Assembly (NCBI RefSeq): GCF_047555085.1 | Contig: NZ_CP180230.1 | Location: forward strand, 270,001-302,000 | Direction: 5' to 3' | Source of the DNA: Candidatus Saccharimonadota bacterium | GTDB taxonomy: Archaea; Nanohalarchaeota; Nanosalinia; Nanosalinales; Nanosalinaceae | Length of the DNA stretch: 32,000 bases | Shown here: piece after piece, positions 25,609 to 32,000 of the stretch | Layout: each line of letters opens with the position of its first letter | Position numbering within the stretch: the stretch's first letter is position 1 | Position numbers and translations under genes: made by a program | Notes under the pieces: generated by a model | What the model saw: only the letters and a program-made list of their open reading frames with translations | Database searches by the model: none | Told to the model about the DNA's origin: nothing

Positions 25609-26899
25609 GGTAAACAGACCTCTCGCTTAACTCACCGTTAAGATTTTCCAGGAAAAATTCTTCCGCTTCTTCCATGTCAGAGGCCTGGCCAAGACTCCAC
25701 ATCAACTTGACGTAAGCCAGCTCCGGATGCATATCCTCCGCTCCAACGACTCCGGCCTCCTGAATCTTCAATCCAGCGGAGTAGACATCCATATCAACAC
25801 GTCCGTTCAGACACTGAGACGTCATAACCACGACAGCATCATCAGCGATCTCCTGAAGCTTCTCCAGAATCTCTGCGTGATGCTGTGTCTCATCATCAAA
25901 CGCGTTCACAGGCATATGTCCAAGGCCTGTCCCTTCAACGATGACTCCATCGTAATCCTGCTCCTCGATGAACTCCAGTTCTTCAGGCCTCATTCCAGGC
26001 CTGATACGGAGCCATCCGACATTCCCGTCTAATTCAGTATTTTTTTCGTACTCTTCATCAGAGGCCTCGAAGTTTTCCTCAATTTCCCCTGTCTCATAGT
26101 TTATATGGCCGAGAGGCTCTGCGTTGATCGCTGAAAAAGCATCTCTACGGGAAGTATGCATCTTCCGGACTTTCTGTGGCGGCAAAATATTGCATCTTGT
26201 ATCACTTGAATCTTCATGCATGCATACGCCGAGGCCTGTAAAATCTGTCTCCGTCAAAAACTTTGAAGCACAGTACATGTTCATGGCGGCATCGCTGCTG
26301 GGCCTGTCGCTTGATCTCTGGGATCCGACAAGCATGACGCCTGTATCAAGATTTTGCAGCATCAAACTCAGTGCTGCGCCTGTATAACTCATAGTATCTG
26401 TTCCGTGTCCGATTATGATGCCGTCGTACTCGTCCTTCACTTCATCGATCTTCTCAGCGATCTTCTTCCAGTGTTCTGGCTCCATGTCCTCGGAAAGCAT
26501 CTGTGCGATAACATCGGAGTGGATATTCACTTCCTCCGCCAGCTCCGGATACATCTCCACAAGATCTTCCGGATCGAACGCAGGCTCAACTCCTCCCTTT
26601 TCATATGATACACGTGAGGCGATCGTTCCGCCTGTGTGAAGCACCATGATATCCGGCTTATCCTCAGAATGCTGGACTTCATCCCTCTCATTTTCAGTAG
26701 AGGCCTTTTTCTCGATCAACTCGATATCTTCAGGATCAACTCCGATGTTGTATCCGGAATCATCCTTCAAAATCAATGTATCAGGATCCCCTGACTCCGG
26801 CTTAGGCATCAGAACTCCTTCACGTCCAGAGGCCTTTATCCTGTCACCGGTTTCAATATCTTTCTCGTCAAGTTTATCGAGAATTTTCTCCGAATACAT
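25601..26899 (-). CDS. gatD: Glu-tRNA(Gln) amidotransferase subunit D (asparaginase-like)
   Basis: 432 aa with the asparaginase motifs VLHTGGTIAS and IIGHGTDTM, plus an N-terminal GatD-specific domain. Confidence 0.92.
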   Translation of the reverse strand: MYSEKILDKLDEKDIETGDRIKASGREGVLMPKPESGDPDTLILKDDSGYNIGVDPEDIELIEKKASTENERDEVQHSEDKPDIMVLHTGGTIASRVSYEKGGVEPAFDPEDLVEMYPELAEEVNIHSDVIAQMLSEDMEPEHWKKIAEKIDEVKDEYDGIIIGHGTDTMSYTGAALSLMLQNLDTGVMLVGSQRSSDRPSSDAAMNMYCASKFLTETDFTGLGVCMHEDSSDTRCNILPPQKVRKMHTSRRDAFSAINAEPLGHINYETGEIEENFEASDEEYEKNTELDGNVGWLRIRPGMRPEELEFIEEQDYDGVIVEGTGLGHMPVNAFDDETQHHAEILEKLQEIADDAVVVMTSQCLNGRVDMDVYSAGLKIQEAGVVGAEDMHPELAYVKLMWSLGQASDMEEAEEFFLENLNGELSERSVYRG

Positions 26900-27089
26900 A
26901 GGCCCGATTTACCGTACAAAGTTTAAGAAACTACATCTCGCCCGAAGAAAAATTCTCCTCCATCAACAATTCTCCTCGTCAAGAGGCCTCTCAGTAACAG
27001 GATAATGTTTTCAGGCCTGCAGCCGATTTTCCGGCACCTGTTTTAAACTGTTTTTATAAGAGTCGCCCTAGAATTGTTTTCTGTAAGAC

Positions 27090-27097
27090 TTTAAAAC
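27090..27097 (+). promoter_or_regulatory. TATA-like box TTTAAAAC upstream of the RNase J gene
   Basis: Centred about 22 nt upstream of the ATG at 27115. AAGGTGA (27098-27104) could alternatively serve as an SD-like element. Confidence 0.35.
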
Positions 27098-27114
27098 AAG
27101 GTGAAATTTCTAAC

Positions 27115-28428
27115 ATGAAAGTTTACACATTAGGTGGATATGAAGAAGTTGGTATGAACATGACCGCAGTTGAAGTTGACGGAGAAGTCGTCATCTTTGA
27201 CATGGGTTACAACATGGAAAACGTCATATCCGCAGAAGGACACGTCGACGAAATGACAACAAATCAGAGCCTCGAGATCGGGGCAGTACCGGAAGACGAA
27301 CCGGTTCTAGACAAAAACGTAGTAGGAATCGTCATCGGACACGGACACCTCGACCACGTGGGAGGAATCCCAAAACTGGCAGGTAGCCATGACTGTCCGA
27401 TCTACTGTACTCCTTACACAGCAGAGATCGTAGAGAGAGGATTGGACGACGACCGGAAGAACGCCGGCAACCAGGTAATCAGACTTGAAAAGGGAGAAAG
27501 GATGGATCTGACAGGCAATCTAACTTTAGAATTTGCTCACGTCAACCACAGTATTCCTGATGCAACACTAAGCCTTCTGGAGACACCGGAAGGATACGCC
27601 GTCTACGGAAACGACATGAAGATCGACCGTTCTCCAGTTATCGAAGACACAACCGATATCGACCGACTCAAGGAAGTCGGAGAGGAAGGAGTCAAAGTCA
27701 TGATCCCGGGAACAACAAGAGTCGATTCCCCTGGACGAGCACGCTCCGAAAAGTCAGTTGAAGTAGAACTCAGAGACGTACTTGAATCCTGCTACGACGC
27801 AGGAGGCGCAGTATTCTTCTCAACATTCTCAAGCCAGATCAGCCGCTTGAACTCCGTAATCGACGCAAACGACGGAAGAAGAAAGATCATCTTCGTCGGA
27901 CGCTCACTGAAGGAATACGTTGAATCAGCAGAGAAGCTTGATTTGATCGATACCGATCAGATCGAAGTAGTCAGTTACTTCGACGAAGTAGAGGAGAAGA
28001 TGGACGAAGTTGACGCAGCAAGAGAAGACTACCTTGTCGTCGCAACCGGAAACCAGGGAGAACCTGGCGCACAGCTCGACAAGATGGCTTCAGGAACATA
28101 CCCATTCGACTTCGAGGAAGGAGATCACATGATCTTTTCCAGCAACGTCATCCCTACACCAGTCAACGAAGCCAACAGACACAAGCTAGAGAAGAAACTG
28201 GAAGAGAAAGGAGTCAGGATCTATCCGGGAATCCACACCACAGGACACGCCCACAAAGAAGACCACAGAGACTTCATCAACTTCTTCGATCCAGAACACA
28301 TCGTCCCAAGCCACGGAACAATCCAGAAACTCGGAAGCTACGTAGAACTAGCCCGAGAAGAAGGATACAGCCTAGGAGACAACGTCTACATCTCCGAAAA
28401 CGGCAAATGCATTGACTTGGACGAATAA
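27115..28428 (+). CDS. rnj: archaeal RNase J (beta-CASP metallo-beta-lactamase)
   Basis: 437 aa with VIGHGHLDHVGGIP (HxHxDH), NHSIPDA, and a beta-CASP region ending in TTGHAHKEDH and VPSHG. Confidence 0.85.
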   Translation: MKVYTLGGYEEVGMNMTAVEVDGEVVIFDMGYNMENVISAEGHVDEMTTNQSLEIGAVPEDEPVLDKNVVGIVIGHGHLDHVGGIPKLAGSHDCPIYCTPYTAEIVERGLDDDRKNAGNQVIRLEKGERMDLTGNLTLEFAHVNHSIPDATLSLLETPEGYAVYGNDMKIDRSPVIEDTTDIDRLKEVGEEGVKVMIPGTTRVDSPGRARSEKSVEVELRDVLESCYDAGGAVFFSTFSSQISRLNSVIDANDGRRKIIFVGRSLKEYVESAEKLDLIDTDQIEVVSYFDEVEEKMDEVDAAREDYLVVATGNQGEPGAQLDKMASGTYPFDFEEGDHMIFSSNVIPTPVNEANRHKLEKKLEEKGVRIYPGIHTTGHAHKEDHRDFINFFDPEHIVPSHGTIQKLGSYVELAREEGYSLGDNVYISENGKCIDLDE

Positions 28429-28436
28429 AGTTTCTT

Positions 28437-28466
28437 AGAGGCCTGAAACAAGGCCTCTCACCTTTT
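28437..28466 (+). terminator. perfect 8-bp hairpin from two AGGCCT copies plus a T-tract
   Basis: AGAGGCCT (28437-28444), GAAACA loop, AGGCCTCT (28451-28458), then CACCTTTTATT. Begins 9 nt after the RNase J stop. Confidence 0.55.
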
Positions 28467-28544
28467 ATTGTATTTAATCTTCTTTCCGCTACATTCTCCT
28501 GATTAACCAAACCAAAATAAAATTTGGGAAGAATATTCTGGTAA

Positions 28545-29549
28545 ATGTTTGGTTTTCTGAATATTTGCACTCTGGCGATAATTTTCCCGCTTTTCATATT
28601 AGGGGTATACTATTTTTCGGACTTTTTCTGGTCTCCATTTTCAGTTAGGGTAAGGTTAACCTTGAGATTGCTCAAAACCAATAAAAAGGAGATTTGGAAG
28701 CATAGAGATATACTTAGACTTGAAAGCTTCAACTCGCAAATAATAGTTTCTTCGTTAATGACTGTCGCTATAGGATTTTTGGGGTATTCTCTCTCACATA
28801 TTTTTACAAGCAGTATTTTCGATAATCTAAAAAAGAGTGATCTACAATCTTTATGGACAATACAAGGAACTCTGGTATCTATAAGCTTTATCATACTTAC
28901 TCACTTGTGGGATCAACTCACAGAATTCGTGCCAGAAGGCATAGTTGATTTAATAGCTCGAAAAACGTATAGTTTTCCAATAATTATATTCAACTTTGTT
29001 GTTCTGATAGCAACAGGAGTTCTAGTCTTTCTAGTTTCTGAAGATTCTAGTAACACCCAGTTTACACTCCCAATATTTCTACTGGGTCTTTCAAGTGTCT
29101 TGAGTATAGTGTGGTTGTACTCTAGAGTTTCAAAAATAGTTCTCTACAATGGAATTTCTAATTTTGCTATTAGCCAAGCAAGAGACGAGATAGATGAAGA
29201 ATCTTGGAAGAACACCAAATACCAGATAGGCAATGAAATTCTAGATAGCAAAATCCCATCATACAGAAAAAGTCAGAAATCATTGAATTTAAGCAATGAC
29301 GTAACCATAACTGCTGAAGATTTAGATCTTGAAGGACATATTTCTGATATAAATTATCGAAGACTGAAGAAAATATTTTCTATAATCGATCCTGAAAAAG
29401 TCACATCAGGCCCAAGTTTAGGTCAAGATTTTTCTAGAGAAAATGATGCAGTATTAAGACTGAAGGAAAATATTAGTCAAGAAACTAGAGAAAAATTAAC
29501 TAACCAGTTGAGAAAATCAATTAAGACATCGAAAGGGTTTTCATTATGA
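28545..29549 (+). CDS. hypothetical polytopic membrane protein (334 aa) of the AT-rich island
   Basis: Five hydrophobic segments by eye (about aa 3-24, 64-86, 103-121, 143-164, 173-192), then a charged soluble tail of about 140 aa. The TGA overlaps the ATG of the next gene (ATGA at 29546-29549). No family confidently recognised. Confidence 0.6.
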   Translation: MFGFLNICTLAIIFPLFILGVYYFSDFFWSPFSVRVRLTLRLLKTNKKEIWKHRDILRLESFNSQIIVSSLMTVAIGFLGYSLSHIFTSSIFDNLKKSDLQSLWTIQGTLVSISFIILTHLWDQLTEFVPEGIVDLIARKTYSFPIIIFNFVVLIATGVLVFLVSEDSSNTQFTLPIFLLGLSSVLSIVWLYSRVSKIVLYNGISNFAISQARDEIDEESWKNTKYQIGNEILDSKIPSYRKSQKSLNLSNDVTITAEDLDLEGHISDINYRRLKKIFSIIDPEKVTSGPSLGQDFSRENDAVLRLKENISQETREKLTNQLRKSIKTSKGFSL

Positions 29550-31522
29550 ACGAAAATCTTAATACACTCTTAGACTACTTTGGAAGCCGAGCCTCAAAGA
29601 GTTTGTCTGAAAATGACCTCTACCTCTTCAAGGAAAGATTAGAGGAATATCGGGAAATAATTGAGTATTACTTGGAAAACAGAGCTATACCTAGAGATAG
29701 ATCACTTGGTTCTAGCGTAAGACGCCCTTCAAATCGAATTATCCAAAATCTCATCAACCTCTATGAGGTGGCGATATCGAAGCCAAATACACAGTTTAGC
29801 TTAGAGTTAATCGGGTCAGTACGCTTACTAATTTCAAGAGCCTACTCTGAAAGAGACAGAATGATGCTGGAAAAGTTTCTCTCTGTATATGAAGATTTTG
29901 TTAGATTAGATTTAGAGAAAAATGACTCTGAAATGAGTAGGGCTTTACTTCTTAGATTAAAGAAATCTGCAGACCACATATTATATGATGTAGAAAATAA
30001 TTTAGATACTAAAGATACTTTAGTTGCTCTGGAATTTCTCGCTCTATTCTACAATAGTCAAAAAGAGCTTATAAGAAAAATTATAGTTTCCGAAAACAAA
30101 GAGCTATTCGTTAAGTCCCTCAAGATGTTTGATGAACATAATAGTAAGCTAGATCGAATCAAATCGGATATTAATTTCCGAGATATTTCGGATAACTCCG
30201 AACCTCAAAAAGAAGATTCTGATATACTCGATAAGATAGATGATCTAAATCAAGAATTGGAAGAAACTCCTTTTGGGGTAGGTGCCTGGGTGTTTAGAGA
30301 ATATGAGAACGGTAATCTTGACGAAGATTTCTTTAATAATGTAAGAGAGGAGGTAATAGGGAAATTTGAAAACAAATCTATCGGCGAAATCTCTAGTATC
30401 TACTTTGAAATTCTAGAAAGCACTCCCTCTTACTGGAATAGTTGGCAAATGTCAGAGGAATTAGATGTTTTTGAAGGCGCAACTTCCATGGGAAGCCCTG
30501 CTGCAGTTTCATGGATTCAAAATTTCTACTGCGGTCTAATGATTAGGAATATTAGCGACGATAAAATAGAGGAAATCTTAGAAAGAGAAGAAGAGTTCTC
30601 AAATCCGATATCAGTAAGAAAATCAATCAAAGATAATATTGAAAGTCTCAAAGAACAAACTCAGAATTTTTCAACAGAAGAATCTCTAATGAGAGATATA
30701 GAGGATATCCGGTCAAGAAAAGAAGCAGTAAGCAAAATTTTCGAAAATATTAAATCTGAGATAGAGACGGACGAAAGACAGGAAATAATCAATTCAGAAG
30801 TGTCCGACTCTTTGGTTTCTGAGTTCAAAACAGGGCTTAGAGATAGTTGGGAGTCAAATGCTGATTTCAGGAAACTCTATAATGACTTGGGCAGATTTGA
30901 AGAAAATTCATCAGAAGCTCCTGAAGAAGCTAGAGAGCTAGGGCTGAACAGAGTTTTCTACCGCAGTTATTTTGTGGAAGATTCTCCCAGAAACTGGGTT
31001 AGAAATGTAGATGATAACTGGGGTAGAGCTATAGCAAAAAAGGAAAATGAAGTGATTTTTGAGGAACTATTCGGCTCTATTGAGTTCCAGAAAATTTCAT
31101 GGGAAGAAATAGATTCCAGAATGTTAGATGCTGATATAAGCGGATTTGAGGATTCTCAGCCAATAATGCTTGTAGGAAATAGCCCTCGACTAAAATATAG
31201 AGCTAAAAATATAGAGAGATTAGAAATCAATGAAGAGAAAGGAAAATATCTCTATAACAACAAAGAAGTACCTATATACCATATCAACCATCTTAGAGAT
31301 AAATTAATAATCACAACCGCAGAGAGACTAGGAAGACTTCTCCAGTATTCAGAAGGAGAAAATCTATCAATAGAATTTAGTGAAAATATTCCTTCAGATG
31401 TCTCTAAAAACTTGGAATTAGAAGATCCCGAAACTAGAGTCTTGATTAAAGCATCAGAATCCTTTGAGGTTAAAGAAATACAGCAGGATAGTTCAACCAT
31501 CAGTTATGAAATCCAGGAATAA
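29546..31522 (+). CDS. hypothetical large soluble protein (658 aa) of the AT-rich island
   Basis: Uninterrupted 1.98-kb ORF in AT-rich DNA, where random ORFs of this length are very unlikely. Predicted mostly helical and E/K/N/S/I-rich. No P-loop, HNH, DEAD, PD-(D/E)xK or other motif recognisable by eye. Confidence 0.65.
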   Translation: MNENLNTLLDYFGSRASKSLSENDLYLFKERLEEYREIIEYYLENRAIPRDRSLGSSVRRPSNRIIQNLINLYEVAISKPNTQFSLELIGSVRLLISRAYSERDRMMLEKFLSVYEDFVRLDLEKNDSEMSRALLLRLKKSADHILYDVENNLDTKDTLVALEFLALFYNSQKELIRKIIVSENKELFVKSLKMFDEHNSKLDRIKSDINFRDISDNSEPQKEDSDILDKIDDLNQELEETPFGVGAWVFREYENGNLDEDFFNNVREEVIGKFENKSIGEISSIYFEILESTPSYWNSWQMSEELDVFEGATSMGSPAAVSWIQNFYCGLMIRNISDDKIEEILEREEEFSNPISVRKSIKDNIESLKEQTQNFSTEESLMRDIEDIRSRKEAVSKIFENIKSEIETDERQEIINSEVSDSLVSEFKTGLRDSWESNADFRKLYNDLGRFEENSSEAPEEARELGLNRVFYRSYFVEDSPRNWVRNVDDNWGRAIAKKENEVIFEELFGSIEFQKISWEEIDSRMLDADISGFEDSQPIMLVGNSPRLKYRAKNIERLEINEEKGKYLYNNKEVPIYHINHLRDKLIITTAERLGRLLQYSEGENLSIEFSENIPSDVSKNLELEDPETRVLIKASESFEVKEIQQDSSTISYEIQE

Positions 31523-31696
31523 ACACCTAATTATAAGATCAAATTTCCAATAGGTCTCATATTTGCTGAAGCTACTGAAAAGGAGTTACTGATTAAACTT
31601 TCTGGGCCTCTAATCAATTTTGTGAGTTATTCCAGTCCGGAAAAATCCTTGTATCGAAGATTCTTGATAGAGGCCTCTAGGGAGATGTTCTTGTAG

Positions 31697-32000
31697 ATGG
31701 GAAGGGCGAATAATTGGCGGAAGGAGTCTGAGGATGGCGAGAGTATTGTCTGGCTTCATGAGGGCGGATATGATTTCAGGCTTCGTGCGGATAAGGATGA
31801 GGATAAGAAGTGGGCCTTGAGTTTGTCCAGTGATATTTTGCCGGAGAAGTATGATAAAGAAGTTTTGACGATGGATACGAAGAAAAAGGCCCGGAGTATT
31901 GCTTTTGACTGGAGGAAGTCTCATACAGAATCCAGTGATTTACTGAAGGAAGTAGGCCTTTCTATGAGCAGTTCGAGGAACGTGTTCAATCCTTTCAACA
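31697..32000 (+). CDS. hypothetical protein, 5' part (open to the right edge)
   Basis: Not in the ORF track because there is no stop in the window. The ATG at 31697 opens MGRANNWRKESEDGESIVWLHEGGYDFRLRADKDEDKKWALSLSSDILPEKYDKEVLTMDTKKKARSIAFDWRKSH... with host-like charged composition. The antisense track ORF 31610..31924 looks like low-complexity nonsense. Confidence 0.45.
   Translation, partial: MGRANNWRKESEDGESIVWLHEGGYDFRLRADKDEDKKWALSLSSDILPEKYDKEVLTMDTKKKARSIAFDWRKSHTESSDLLKEVGLSMSSSRNVFNPFN

Noticed and set aside
28499-31596. Shared CTGATTAA octamer at 28499-28506 and 31589-31596 as possible target-site duplication flanking the AT-rich island
   Set aside because: An 8-mer match between two AT-rich flanks of about 85 and 170 nt is expected by chance fairly often (order 0.2 or higher). 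There are no terminal inverted repeats or recombinase, so it is not evidence of a defined mobile element.
31610-31924. 104-aa minus-strand ORF at the right edge
   Set aside because: The translation is Leu/Ile/Pro/Arg-rich nonsense-like. The opposite strand carries an open frame from ATG 31697 to the window end with host-like charged composition, so the plus frame is preferred.
1-32000. AGGCCT as the target of a resident restriction-modification system, explained by site avoidance
   Set aside because: The site is strongly enriched, not avoided, so a simple restriction-avoidance explanation is the wrong direction. A methyltransferase-linked repair bias remains possible and is listed under findings.
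1-32000. CRISPR arrays, IS elements, transposases, integrases and long tandem repeats
   Set aside because: By eye I found no regularly spaced direct repeats, no terminal inverted repeats and no recombinase-like ORFs on either strand.

Overview
Densely packed archaeal chromosome segment with about 40 genes, short spacers, and many overlapping start/stop codons. G+C is moderate to low and the predicted proteome is strikingly Asp/Glu-rich.

Most genes are archaeal housekeeping genes:
- PAC2-nop10-aIF2alpha and L44e-S27e
- a UMP-kinase-like gene, GINS, a primase that looks like a PriS-PriL(CTD) fusion, PCNA and an OB-fold protein
- TFS, signal peptidase and a stand-alone 5S rRNA
- a UDG / NOL1-NOP2-Sun RNA methyltransferase / PUA-like operon
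- a split RND/MMPL exporter with CARDB-like surface proteins
- tRNA-Tyr, a gatD-kinase-small ORF-gatE operon and RNase J

GatDE, the compact fused primase, the orphan 5S and the acidic proteome suggest a small-genome halophilic archaeon of the DPANN/Nanohaloarchaeota type. This is inference only.

Main observations:
1. The palindromic hexamer AGGCCT occurs about 130 times by my by-eye tally, roughly one per 250 bp. That is about 20-fold above a base-composition expectation. It appears in all codon phases, on both strands and in spacers, which makes it a HIP1-like highly iterated palindrome.
2. A 3.2 kb AT-rich stretch (about 28.46-31.67 kb) has no AGGCCT at all. It carries two translationally coupled genes with no motif I recognise: a 5-TM membrane protein and a 658-aa soluble protein. 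This is the best candidate for an acquired, uncharacterised system.
3. The 3' 20 nt of tRNA-Tyr is duplicated 77 bp downstream, an att-like scar.
4. Two LamG-fold paralogues have conserved termini and a divergent core. One interrupts the conserved L44e-S27e / aIF2alpha-nop10 cluster.

I saw no CRISPR array, transposase, integrase or long tandem repeat.
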